Positions 39,811 to 64,000 of a stretch of 64,000 nt of DNA are shown here, in pieces (position 1 is the stretch's first letter; each line of letters starts with the position of its first letter). Position numbers and translations under genes: made by a program. The stretch spans positions 3,348,001-3,412,000 of the forward strand of contig CM035360.1 of assembly GCA_020137815.1 (NCBI GenBank), in the 5' to 3' direction. The notes beneath the pieces are model-generated. The model was not told where the DNA came from. It made no database searches and saw nothing but the letters and a program-made list of their open reading frames with translations. This DNA comes from Hormiphora californensis. Taxonomy: Eukaryota > Animalia > Ctenophora.

Positions 39811-42800
39811 GTTAAGTTTAAGTTTAAGTTTAAGTTTACGCACAATTTATCACAAAGTCACACAATTAATATATAACTTCGTCCCGCTCTTACACCATAC
39901 ACTAATAAAGTGATACAAGGCTGAGAGGTGAAAATATACAGTTCACATCAGCGGTTTCCTAAAGCGGTTTAAACAATACTTAGAGACAGTGATACACATC
40001 CTAGTAGCATTAGATGCACAAAATACGAGGAACAAGGGGTTATAGAAAACAAGGTAACGAACTAACAAAACAAGCAGACAAACATAAAAACAGATTAAAC
40101 AGAATACACAAAGTCACAGACGCAAAACACAACATCAGCAGTCAATACAAAACGGTTAATACAAAAACATACTAACACACGCACAAACACATTCACAGAC
40201 AAACAGACAATCACAAACACATACACACAGATTCGGTAATAAATAAATAATAAATTAGCTGTCCTTCAAACACACACTCACTGAAGAGTCCTTGACAAGT
40301 TTTTTATCGAGAAAAACGTATTGAGAAAAAACGGTATCCTTGACAAGTTTTTTATCGAGAAAAACGTATTGAGAAAAACGGTATCCTTGACAAGTTTTTT
40401 ATCGAGAAAAACGTATTGAGAAAAACGGTGTGTATGGTCTTCTTTCTTCATTCTTCGGCATAAAACTCAGCCAGTCTGGAACCTCAGCTACTCAAACTCT
40501 GCTAAACAACTCAGAGGCCAGAAAATGTTAACAATTTACACAAAATGCACACTTGAAAATATTAACTCATTGACTCAGTCATAGGTGGTCCCTCTACTAA
40601 GTCTCAGGTAGATGTAGGAAGGAATGGTGTAGAAAGTAGGAAGGGATGAAGGAAGGAATATAGGAAGGAATGGTGCAGAGTAGAGACAGTAGGTCAGGTG
40701 GGATGTAAGGAAGCTGGAGAGAGGGTCTGGAAGAAGAGACAGCACCTAGGACACGGGAAACCCAGGAACGAACCAGGTAAGGACAGGGAGGCAGACTATT
40801 TAGTTCCATGGAACTGCAGGAAGAAATGATGTAGGATTGAGAAAGCAGGTCATAGGTGGGATATAGGGGAGCTGGAGTGTGGGTCTGGAAATAGGGCGTG
40901 GTGGCAATGGTAGCGAGAGACAGCAGACAGGACACGAGAACCTAGGTACGAACCAGGTAAGGACAGGGAGGTAGACTATTTAGTTCCAGGAAGAAATGAT
41001 ATAGGATTGTGTCAGCAGGTCATAGGTGGGATATAAGGGAGCTGGAGTGTGGGTCTGGAAGTAGGGCGTGATGGCAGTGATCGCGAGAGACAGCAGACAG
41101 GACACGAGAGCCCAGGAGCGAACCATGTAAGGACAGGGAGGCAGACTATTTAGTTCCAGGAAGGAATGATGTAGGATTTAGACAGCAGGTCATAGGTGGG
41201 ATATAAGGGAGCTGGAGTGTGGGTCTGGAAGTAGGGTAGTGGTGGCAGTGATAGCGAGAGACAGCAGACAGGACACGGGAACCCAGGAACGAACCAGGTA
41301 AGGCCAAGGGAGGGATCTATTTCCCAAAAGTTGTGAAAAAGGATCAGATTTAGAACCGCATGCAAGGAATATTATAGGCAGGGAATAATGAGGCGTTTAT
41401 GTGCGGAGCTGGAGCCTGGGGGAAAACAACAGATTTACTGTGAAGTTAACTGGACTGGGTGCCCAGGAAATGATGCAGGTAGATTTGTGCCGGGAAGATG
41501 GTGCGGTACTGATATAATGCCGAGTGAGGTTTATTCAGGTCCATAAGCCAAAGTAAACATATGGGTTTTCAAGGCCTTTTTAAACATCGGCAAGGTTTCT
41601 GTGGTTCGAATTTCTTTAGGTAGGCGATTCCAGATCCTCGGAGCAGCTATACTAAAAGCTCTCTCAGTGGTTTTGTAGTTGTACGGCAGTGGTTTTGTAG
41701 TTGTGCGGCAAAAAAAGGCCCCCCCTAGACCACCATAGTTGCCGATGTGGTGGAGAGCTGTAACTTGGCAGGGTTGCTCCACTATGTCTATCTTGATCCT
41801 GACAGAAAAATCAGAGCTCTAGCTCAAAATTCATTTTCATGAACGGAATGAACTTCTCCGTTCCTTCGATATGAGACCCCCTCATCATTCAGAATTTTTT
41901 GCCCGTCTTTGGCTAACGATTATCTTTGTAATGAGACCAATTTGAGCATAATCTGATTACCAGGAGAGACACAGTGGAGGGTTTTCCGACCGTCACTCCT
42001 GACATGTGATCCAGGCCCGGTCACGTGGTGAAAAGTGGGTTTGGGGTGCTGTTAACATGTCTCAATAACGGATTATTGCTCTCATATCCCTTGCATATCC
42101 CTCCACAATGCTCTCAAGTCACTTTGTGATGCTGATTGATTGGGTTCATGTCACCAGTTCTTGTCAAAGTTCTCAAGCGGCCCGTGATACGAGATCATTT
42201 CATCAAGGAGGGGCCATCTTGTGACTTGTGTCACTAATCAGCCTATCATCTCACATTACACTAGCCAAGGGATCTGGGGTATTTAAATCTTCAAATGTTC
42301 ATCAAAATCATTCCCAATCGTTACTTGCAATGCATTTTACACCCGAACAGAGGAACTTCATCTGGCTCAAGAAGGAAACCAACACCCTCTACCCCACCAT
42401 CGAACAGGAGTTCTTTATCAAGTTTGGCCGCCATGCCCCATCCAAGAAGTCCTGGGAATGATTTTGATGAACATTTGAAGATTTAAATACCCCAGATCCC
42501 TTGGCTAGTGTAATGTGAGATGATAGGCTGATTAGTGACACAAGATGGCCCCTCCTTGATGAAATGATCTCGTATCACGGGCCGCTTGAGAACTTTGACA
42601 AGAACTGGTGACATGAACCCAATCAATCAGCATCACAAAGTGACTTGAGAGCATTGTGGAGGGATATTCAAGGGATATGAGAGCAATATTCCGTTATTGA
42701 GACATGTTAACAGCACCCCAAACCCACTTTTCACCACGTGACCGGGCCTGGATCACATGTCAGGAGTGACGGTCGGAAAACCCTCCACTGTGTCTCTCCT

Positions 42801-44816
42801 GGTAATCAGATTATGCTCAAATTGGTCTCATTACAAAGATAATCGTTAGCCAAAGACGGGCAAAAAATTCTGAATGATGAGGGGGTCTCATATCGAAGGA
42901 ACGGAGAAGTTCATTCCGTTCATGAAAATGAATTTTGAGCTAGAGCTCTGATTTTTCTGTCAGGATCAAGATAGACATAGTGGAGCAACCCTGCCAAGTT
43001 ACAGCTCTCCACCACATCGGCAACTATGGTGGTCTAGGGGGGGCCTTTTTTGCCGCACACGGTAGTTACTGTGTACCTCTTCCAGTCTTGTCGTGTCACA
43101 ATCGACTCTTAAACTCATCGGTTTTTGTTTCCGTCTTTGTAGCATTTCTGATATGTATCCAGGCGTCCCATTATTCAGGGATTTGTATACCATCATACAG
43201 ATCTTATATTCTATTCTGTGTCTAACAGGTAGGAAGTGGGATTTTTTCCGTAGATCTGTTACACCACGTCTGCTACGTTTACCATGGACAAAGCGAGTGG
43301 CAGAGTTCTGTAGCTTCTGAAGACGCTTCACATCCTTGTCTTTGAGACCTATCAGTAGAGCGCTACAATAATCAATCTTTGAGTGTATCAGTGAGTTCAC
43401 AAGTTGGGTCTTTTGCTTTTTGTTCAGTTTGCCTGCAATTCTCCACATGTTGACGAGTTGGTAGTTGCACGACTGAACAACTCTGGAGACGTGCTGGGAC
43501 ATCGTGAGTTCGCTATCGACCATAACGCCGAGATTCTTAGCAACTGGTTTGACTTCCGTTTCTTCTTGTGCAATGTTCAGTGTGGCATCACTGGTAGATT
43601 TATCCCATTTGTTTCGTAGGATAAGAACTTCTGTTTTATCCGGATTCAACTTCAACAGGTTCTGTGTCATCCAGAGACGAATGTGAGACACACAGCTCTG
43701 AACTTTCTTTATCACATCATCGAATGTTTCTGGTGTGAAAGCTATCGAAAGTTGAGAATCATCCGCATACATGTGCAGGCTGAGACCATATAGTTCCGCT
43801 ATTTTCTGTAGATCTCTGGTGTATAGTATGAACAAGAGGGGCCCCAGGATGGAACCCTGAGGAACACCAATGCTGATAGACTTTGCTTCTGACTCGACCG
43901 AACCTATCTTTACTCTAGCTGTTCGATTAGTAAGATATGATTCAATCCAGCTCAATACCTTTCCAGTCACTCCATAATCATGTTTCAGGCGGTGTAGTAG
44001 CTTGGCATGAGATATGGTGTCAAAGGCCGCTGAAAGGTCCAGAAGAACTAGGATGACCTTGGTCTTTTTATCCAGCTGCACAAGTATGTCGTTTACTATC
44101 TTGATAGTGGCCGTTTCACAGCTATGTTTCGATCGATAAGCAGATTGAACTTCACTGAACAGTCCATTACTCTCCACGTAGTCAGTAAGCTGGTCATCGA
44201 CGCATTTCTCCAGGACCTTCGAGATGAACGAAAGGTTTGAGATTGGTCGATAACTATTAAGTTCATCAGGGTCTAGGTCACTGTTTTTGTATGATGGACG
44301 AATAACAGCAGACTTTAAGCTATCAGGGACTTCTCCTTTGGTGAGACTGGTGTTCACAATCTTAGAGACTATTGGAATGAGGGCTGGAAAAGCATCATTG
44401 ACGAATGAAGTTGGCATAGGGTCCAGGGTACAGTGTTTCTTGTTCATAGCACGGACAGTAGCAGCCAGCATCGAATCGGAGACAGGTTGAAATTTCGCAA
44501 ACTTTGGCAACTCTGCATCTGTTTCTAGTCGCGGTGTCAGTTCAGGAAGATCGGCTGTGAAATCCGGATCAAGCTGAATTTTCTCATAGATTGCCGCGAT
44601 CTTGGAAGTGAAAAAGTCGATCATCCGGTCTGGAAGCCCATCTGGATCGTCAGTGGAGGGGAGTTGGGTCGGTGTCTTTTCCTTTCCGAGCAGGTGGTTT
44701 AGGATTTGATACAACGCAGCATGATTTCCGTCTGCTGCCTCTAGACGCTGTTGGAAGAATTCTCTTCTGGTGCGATTGAATACAGTTTTAGTAAACCGGA
44801 TCTCAGCTATGAACAA
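39811..44816 (-). mobile_element. LINE (CR1/L2-group) with RT ORF 44816-43063 continuing at ~41682-41531, a long 3' region with internal tandem repeats, and a (TAAACT)n tail
   Basis: YRPISNLSFISKVLE, LDLSAAFDTISH, GVPQGSILGPLLF and YADD. The C-terminus NYKTTERAFSIAAPRIWNRLP...FKKALKTHMF lies beyond the insertion. Tail at 39811-39838; assigning the whole 3' region to this LINE is inferred. Confidence 0.85.
41702..43062. mobile_element. ~1.36-kb near-perfect foldback Tc1/mariner derivative inserted in the LINE RT
   Basis: Arms ~41702-42316 and 42453-43062 are reverse complements, and the right end is ...gccgcacacgg|ta. The central loop encodes MHFTPEQRNFIWLKKETNTLYPTIEQEFFIKFGRHAPSKK, resembling a transposase N-terminal HTH. 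Termini are related to the 6447-7334 element. Confidence 0.85.
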
Positions 44817-46234
44817 CTTTTCAGCTATTAGAACTTTTTCGTGGCAGACTGGTTTGTTCTTTTGCTTCTGTTAAGGATGAGCTTCGAGAATCTGCACTGG
44901 AAAGAGGACATGGGCGGTGCACGGCTTTCATAAACGACCGAAATTCCAGCGATGTCCTCTCGACTAGTTTTTGATTATTCCAAACCCCGGATCGTGGAGT
45001 CACTGGACCCTTTCTTCACCCCTGGGGGCAGTGGTGAGTGGGTCCCGATTTCCGAAGCAGATTGGAGGACAGAGGAACTGGTCCGAGCATATCAAAATAG
45101 GCCAACGCGGCTGCATACAAATTTGTTGATGAGATATATGACTTATGAGGTTTTGAACCAGGTAAATTTCAAATCTGAAAATTGAAATCAGGAAAATTTC
45201 AAAACGGACGAAAAAGTTTTATTTTGATCGCACGGCCGGGCGCCGCGCGGGACCCTGTTGCGTTATGCGCAGTGCGGCATAATGCTGCGCTTTTCAAAAT
45301 TGAGCGCCGCCGGCCGCGGAAGACAATGGCGAAGAATCATTGGAGTAAAAATGTTGTATCGAGTCAAAGCAGACAGCCGTGATTAACCCTCGCATTAGCT
45401 TGACGATCGGATCCGACCATCTGGATCAGGAGACATCCTGATGACACTGTCATTGACAGCATGTTTTCCCGCGCCGCGTGCACTGCTTCCTGAACTCGAT
45501 CCAGGGCGGCTGGAAACAAAATGCGGCGCGCGATCGCGCATCACGTCTTGGTCAAAGTACGTTTGGCGTCCGCGTCCGCACGGAATAAGGGATCGGTGGA
45601 AATTTAATCACTTTTCAAACACTCTGTCTGTGTGTAACAAGATACAGCAGTGTACTTTTGATGTACAGTACAGTACAGAGAGATCTGACAGTTCCCTTCT
45701 AATCGAGATTTGAAGACGAACAAGACAAACTCATTTTTAAAACCGGGGCAAATTAATAAAGCGGCATAATAATTAATAAATGTTATACGTATAATATCGA
45801 GCCGTATTTACATAGAAATACCCTCTCAAATCATTGTCCATTGTCGCATAATAGTGAATTCTCTAAGTTATCACAGTCTCTAGTAATGATGTATCCCTGC
45901 CCAGGGAACTTGAAATCAATCTATCTGTATATCATGAAAGCAATATAATCTGAAATCCCGAAAATATTCTTCTGTCTAAATAATAAATGAAGTTAAAACA
46001 CCTTGGTAGCTGTAATAATCAGGGGATAAACTGTAATAAAAGAATCTGTAAATATAATCATCAAGGAGGTATCTGTAAATATAACAATGATCATACTGTT
46101 TAAAACACATAAATGCTTGTGACCTGTCCTTCCCCTCTCTCTATTACTCTTCCATGCACACTATCAACCCTCTCTTACTGTTAATGAGGGTTAGCACATT
46201 TATCAACCCATACTAACTAAGGTCTCAAAAGAAC

Positions 46235-49014
46235 CTAAAAAATGTCATGTGGATCTTGTTCAAGTTCAGCGGTCAAATTCTTCCCAATATCAACGTATAG
46301 AATTCCTGTGTCAGCCTTGTCTTCAATAGCACTAATATTAACTAACCTAAACCCACTAAAATCAACATAATCAGTTAGAGTTTTGTTATCAGCCAGATAC
46401 GCTGAAATGGCACTGTAAGTGTAGGGAGATGCAGGATTAGCGGGGTCAAAGTAGATTAGGGTCTTGGAACGTAGTTCTGTGGGGTATGCGGTTGTAGTAA
46501 GGTTAACCATGGCGTTATTGTACGCGTTCGGGTTGATTTTAACCAGCTCAAAATAACGCTCAGAGTATGCCTGAAGAAGGAAGGGGGTGGAATTAAATAT
46601 TATTAAAATTAATTAAATATTATTAAAAGAGGGGAGGTTATGTAAGGGGGTTAGATTAAAGATGATTAAAAGAGGGGAGGTTATGTAAGGGTGATACAGA
46701 GAAGGGTTGAAGATGTTTCTATTTTCAGTTACTCAATTTCATAGCATAATTAAGCCTTTTTTGTACTTGCTGCACAATTCTAACGAGTGAGTAGTGAGTT
46801 TTCATGCTGAAGTATCAAGCAATAAGTTTAGAGCTAATTGTTTCTAAAAAAACAAACTTACAGAAACATATTTCTTAAAATTCAAGATGGGGTCCACTGC
46901 GATGACAGCTTTAAACCAGTCTGGTTTCCGGGATGATATCTTTAGGGCAGCCCAACCTCCAATACCATGCCCCATTATTGCTACCTTATCTGGGAGGAGA
47001 TGATGGTGTTTAGAAGGACGTTATAAGAATACACTGAGCTGTGTGTCACTATAATAAGTCTTGGTACAATATATATAATTATATGATTAGTAAATTAATT
47101 ACTTACTGTCATTGACATGCCAATAACGGCGGATATCCCAAATACCAGATTCCAACTGATCAATGACCCTCTGAAAAACATTATTAAAATGGTTTGGAGG
47201 GGGTAACCCCTGTGGTCAGGAACCGACCGACACAAGTAAACAACCAATCAGAACTCGTTGTTTAGGTTACGTGACTGGTTATGAGCCAATCAGGGACCAG
47301 TATTTCCTGATTCGGTCGGTTCCTGCCTGTGGTGACTGAACTCGCGTGGTTCAGACTTTAAAACTAGTTAAGTAATTAATTAGTCAATTAGTTAATCTAA
47401 GGAGGTCATTCAAAAACTAACCTCCATCCTCTTGTAGGGGTAGTGGTGGAAGGAAAGATCTCGTCCTGGAGTTCCTTTCAAATCCATTGTAATGGTAACA
47501 CAATCCTTGTCTGTAGCAAGCCACTGTGGCAAACCAAGCTCCCACTTTTTGATAGCCATGTTTCCATCAGGATAGGGGTTTATCTGAGAGATTTGTGTTT
47601 ATTAATTAGTTAATTAATTAGTTAATTAATATGATATGACATGCTGGTTACGAAATAACCCTTTGTGCGCTGGCAAGGGAGGGGTTACTTGGTGAATGCT
47701 GCAGGGTGTATTTGGAATTGGGATTAATATTGAAACAATATACATGCTGATTTATAGGAGATAGAGCTCACTGGCAATTGTATAACTAGAACCGTTTGAT
47801 TAAAGAGCTGTTTAGTAATATGACAGGAACCAACCGAAACAAGTAAACAACCAATCAGAACTCGTTATTTAGGTCAGGTGACTGGTAATCAGCCAATCAG
47901 GGACTAGTACTTCCTGATTCAGTCGGTTCCTGACTTACGATAATGAGTAGGGGATATTTCAAGATGTTCAGGTACATCACGTAGTAGAGGGGGAACACTT
48001 TCCTGCTGGCAAAGTACATCTTACTATTCCGGTCATATTCAGTCTGAAACAAGAATATGTTACTATCAGGGATTAATTATTACGTTACTGTTTACTGGTT
48101 CAGACTCTATCTCTTGTGTAAACACACAATACATTCCCAATACATACATACATGAATGTATAGTATGTACTGACTATACTCTGAATGATACAATGTACAG
48201 TTTGAGATTGTTTATCTTCTAATTACCTCAGTATAGTGAACGTGGGGTAGACGTTTCTGCATCAGCTGTGCCTGTTGACTCGGGATTTTGATATTGTATG
48301 TTCTGGTTATCATCACTGAAAGGGCAAAGAATAGTGGGGTAAAGCAAAGGGGAGAGAGTTGGGAGTGAGTTAGATAGATCATGGGAGAGAGTTGGGAGTG
48401 AATTAGAGAGGTGGTGCTGGGTTGGTGATTTGGGACACATCTAATAGTTTTCGAGACAGTGCTTCAGAGTCTAAAGATACGAATCTGTAACTCCTACCTG
48501 TAAAGATCCCATGAGTTGCTTGCAAATGACCGGACTCGCTTGTAGGGCATCTTGGGTCCCAAGCACAACACCTGATACCTAGTAGAAAGGAATGTTCAAA
48601 TCAAATCAAATCATAAACACGGATGATATTGTGTTGAAACCCCTGCTGGTCGACAACTAGGCAACAGCAGTTGTTAGGCATATCTAAGTTATAAGTTACC
48701 ACTGCTATGCCGACTGCTATCGATTGAAGCGGTTGCTATAGTAACTTACCACTGCCGACTGCTATCTATTGAAGCGGTTGCTATAGTAACTTACCACTGC
48801 CGACTGCTATCTATTGAAGCGGTTGCTATAGTAACTTACCACTGCCGACTGCTATCGATTGAAGCGGTTGCCTACGTCACACCTATCCTCAGGTTCCAAG
48901 CAAGAAATACAGGAGTGAGTGTTATCGATTGCATTGTACATGTACAACATTCGTTTACGGGTAATTGACTGGGTCTTCTTGTTCATATCAAGTTCCTCGG
49001 TTCGAACGTATAAC
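46235..49014 (-). CDS. Alternative 3' cassette B of the DPP4-family gene: 8 exons (49014-48840, 48578-48498, 48302-48227, 48043-47939, 47583-47422, 47170-47107, 46989-46862, 46570-46235) encoding a catalytically dead S9B domain
   Basis: HSCISCLEPEDRC, WYQVLCLGP, KYPLLII, MDLKGTPGRD, KVAIMGHGIGG, FKAVIAVDPI and SAYSERY. All introns are GT-AG and phase-consistent except for one extra base at ~48870. Confidence 0.8.
48695..48870 (-). repeat. 45-bp tandem repeat (~4 copies) duplicating the donor of DPP exon B1
   Basis: Minus-strand unit gcaaccgcttcaat(a/c)gatagcagtcggcagtg|gtaagttactata. Confidence 0.9.
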
Positions 49015-49497
49015 CTGCGATTTAGTAGAACTTGAGTTGCTAGAATTGTTGGAATTCTAGTAATAATATGACTATCATATTGTAGATAGGCCAATGCTTA
49101 GCAACAGGTAGTAATGATATAGCTAACATAATATTGGATGATCATTGCACCTAGCCGCTAATGAATAGGGCAGCTCTCTATAATATATTATATCAGTTAC
49201 CTAGAGCTGAGCTGGCTCTCTAAAAAGAGAGCTCTGGAAAAGGGCTACCTCTCTCTTACTTGTCTCATTTTCAGGATGCTAAGTCAGTCATTAACTTTAT
49301 GTCAGTCATTATGTTCGTCCAGGTATACTGTGCCAGTGTCTGTCCAGTTAGTTAAATTTAGATGTGTTTGTACCACATATTCCAGTGATCGGTCTGTTCA
49401 TCCGTTTTTTTATATTTTCTCGACATATTGTTAAAACTCTTGTTTTATAAAACTCTATAAAAATAGACAACAACAACAACTAAATCAGCTTCTAATT

Positions 49498-60611
<11,114 letters not shown>

Positions 60612-61171
60612 TCCTTCCTTTTCAAAACTATAAAAACAATGCATTGGGAGTGGTTTAGTAAGAGTTAAATAAGGCCAGGGGAGTGGTTTAGATCTGTACA
60701 AATAGGGGGAGTTATTTGGGAGTAAATCGTAGGGTTACTTCAGGAATCAAAACGTTCATAGTGCAGCGAGTAATCAAAATCGAAATGCAGCAAAGGAAGA
60801 CATGATCAAAGAGTAAGTTGTTCAAAAAGGATAACCATCATGACACACCCAAAGGTGTCCAGGTTGCGATTCAATAATCAACATCTCAGTTACATCATCA
60901 TTCAACAATCATGTGTAGGATGATGTAACTCGGTACACAAAACTATGTAGATCATGATAACAGAGATACAAACACGGGGCTGAAACACGAAATCAGGGGG
61001 GACTATGAAGTGCTGAAGTGAGGCTGAAGCAGGCTTATGTACAAAGATACACAGCATGCAACATTGAAGAAAATCAGAAGTGAAGAGAGAGGGAGAGCAG
61101 TACAGTACAACACCGCTAGGAGGCAGGATGTTTGTTTTGATTCAGCTTCCTACTTGACCACTATGGCATGG

Positions 61172-61385
<214 letters not shown>

Positions 61386-61687
61386 GATAGTGCTCGTAGA
61401 AAAATGAGAAACGAGAGTAATACACACCGGGGCGGGGAGAATTGCAGTAGGGCTGACAGGACTATAAAAGTGGAGGAAGCTGGACTAGCACTCAGAGAGA
61501 AAGATAGTCAGGCATGAGAGAGGGGGAGGGAGGGAGAGAGAAAACACAGAGAAAGAGTGTGGAAGGAACACTGGGTTTACTGCGGACCCTAATACGCTCT
61601 AATTGAAAGGTTTAGATGGAAACATTGTGCATAACGTTCAAAGGAAACAATTTGTCAAATCAAATGATTCATAACATGGGTTCTGTC

Positions 61688-61925
61688 AAGACATCAGACA
61701 TCAGACATCAGACATCAGACATCAGACATCAGACATCAGACATCAGACATCAGACATCAGACATCAGACATCAGACATCAGACATCAGACATCAGACATC
61801 AGACACCAAGACATCAGACACCAAACACTAAACACCAAGACATCAGACACCAAACATCAGACACCAAGACATCAGACACCAAACACCAAGACATCAGACA
61901 CCAAACACGGAACACCAAGACATCA
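61688..61925. repeat. (GACATCA)n heptamer repeat degenerating to gacaccaa variants
   Basis: Directly visible. Confidence 0.95.
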
Positions 61926-62172
61926 GATTGAGTATTCTACTATGCGTTCATCAGTAGCTGTGATGTATCGGTGACTTGAGACTTCGATTGGCTTTCAAGA
62001 ACACTTGAGAATAGCACACATTGAGAGGTACAGACCAAAGTACACGAAATGAAAAGAATGCGGTATTGGGAAAAGAAAAAGAGATAGAGTGAGAGAAAGA
62101 GAGAAAGAGAGAAAGAGAGAGAGAGAGATAGAGTGAGAGATAGAGTGAGAGTGAGAGAGAGAGACAGAGAGA

Positions 62173-62260
<88 letters not shown>

Positions 62261-64000
62261 GCGAGAGAGAGATGAAGTGTATGATGGAGAATGTTTCCGG
62301 ATCTACAGCGCAGTGACCGGTCTCTTCCCTCAATATACACACACCCCCATAAACACACTTCGGGGGAGGGTGGTAAACAAATGGATGAAGGAGGGGGTAG
62401 TTGTACACTTCAGGTCTGTCGCACCAATTGAAGGGTGACAAACAAATGGATGAAGGAGGCTCTTCCAAAGAGCTTACAAAGAAATAGATAAACACATACG
62501 GTGATCCAACCCCCGGCCCCCTTACTACATCAAATATATGGAAAGGATGAAAAGAACAGGAAAAAGAGAAAATGGAAAATGGAAAGGACCTATAATAGTG
62601 GAGTTCTAATGGAGAAAGAGGGCGATGGATAAACCTAGATGAAATACTGATATAGATTCCCTTCAGACAGATGAAGATCAGAAGATCATTGAGCAAGACA
62701 AGTCACAGTTTGAACGAGGTAGTGACTAGGTTGTTAGTGATAAGAATGAGAAGTGAGAACTGATCATCTCGCTCTCTAAATGGTGAATTCTGGTGCTTGT
62801 CCAAGATTCGACTATTATAAATCTATACTCTCTTCTGTCCTTATTAGGAATAATGGACTTGGCAGGCACGCAATTCCATTCCCTCCCCAACTATCTCCAA
62901 CTATATCATATATCCCAAAAGGGAACCATTACAGATGTGTATTGAGAATATTAGTGTACCATGTAAAATGTATGAATGGTTTATGATTGCGTATCGATTA
63001 CACCCAGTACACACCGAAGGAAATTATATAGCGTTCCCTCTCTGTCTCTCCCTGCCTCTATTATACCACTCTAATCTATAATACAGGCAGGCACCTGGCA
63101 CTCTAGAAATGGGTTTCAGTATAACACATGACGTATTATACGTAAACTGTCAAGGTTAGAATTTAGTGAAACGGAGTAGAAAGCACGGATATAAAATATG
63201 AACAAGAGATCAGTAAGCACTGTTATTATAGGTACAAGACATGAACAAGATATACACACAATGAGAGGAAGCATAGAGGGAGAGAGACACTACACACAGA
63301 GGGAGACACTCTACACACGGAGCTGGGTGCCCCACACCAAACATACACAGTGTATAACATGTACACCAGTAGCAAAACAATGTGCACTGCAATTAGGGGA
63401 CGTTAGGGGTCACGTGACATGTTGGGTGAGGGAGGGAGAGCAACGTACCACGCTCATGTTATGTGGGGGGGAGGGGCGTGAAAAGTAGTGGTATTGTAGA
63501 GGAAATGATGTCCAGGTTGTGATGACAGTCATGTATAATTTTCGGTTATAGTAGATGGAGTAAATGTGTGTGAGAGAGAGAGAGAGAGAGCCAGAGAGAG
63601 AGAGAGTGAGAGAGAGAGGGGGGGGAGATATAGAGAGATAAAGAGAGAGTAAATTTACTAACAAGATCGCATCACATTGTTGTTTATGTAGGGACAATTG
63701 AAATGAAAACACAGCTATTCGATTTATTTTAAAACAAACGATTGAATTGTGAAAAACAGTTTTGAAACAAATATTAACCAACCAATTTTACCAGTTGCAG
63801 TTGTCTCTGGTGCCCCCTCCCAGTCCCCCTCTCACGAATCTCAAAATATTTATATTTTCTCGCTCCTCCCCAAACTCTAAAACACTGCCCCCAGCCCACT
63901 TGGACTGGCTCAACCTAAAACACTGCCTCTCCCTCGTCAGATGTGTGAAAATCTACCTCTGTGTCCGTATCAAACTGCCCATATACCACTTTGCCCACCT

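Noticed and set aside
44950-45715. CpG-rich stretch with several short ORFs upstream of the LINE
   Set aside because: No homology recognisable and ends undefined. It could be a repeat or the WBP11 promoter region, but this is unsupported.
46235-49094. Independent second DPP gene downstream of the first
   Set aside because: There is no start, signal anchor or N-terminal propeller exons in the ~480 bp available, and its first exon is phase- and position-matched to the shared exon ending at 51177.

Overview
Compact, repeat-rich animal genomic DNA with spliceosomal introns, most likely a ctenophore. This is inferred from the LRR-less LDLa-GPCR and from a 107-bp MITE whose translation EPTDTSKQPIRTRYLGHVTGYQPIRDQYFLIRSVP I recall from Pleurobrachia gene models. 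Hand-spliced genes are: the last exon of an unknown + gene; an HMG-less SMARCE1/BAF57-like gene; a 28-kb gamma-tubulin complex component 3 gene whose introns host three antisense genes (LDLa-GPCR, secreted F5/8-like protein, asparagine synthetase); a CYP46-like P450 with an aberrant I-helix; a rhodopsin-like GPCR; WBP11; and a DPP4-family gene hosting an antisense kringle gene. The most striking result is that the DPP4-family gene appears to have two mutually exclusive 3' halves. One is a single exon with an intact Ser-Asp-His triad, and the other is an eight-exon cassette encoding a catalytically dead DPP6/DPP10-like domain. Also notable are recurrent tandem duplications centred on splice junctions, a TIR element carrying two tRNA-like sequences, a Penelope RT bracketed by Helitron-like ends, and deep transposon nesting. 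Several single-base frameshifts and a visibly low-quality stretch (about 20.85-21.95 kb) point to assembly errors. All exon structures were read by eye and need RNA-seq.
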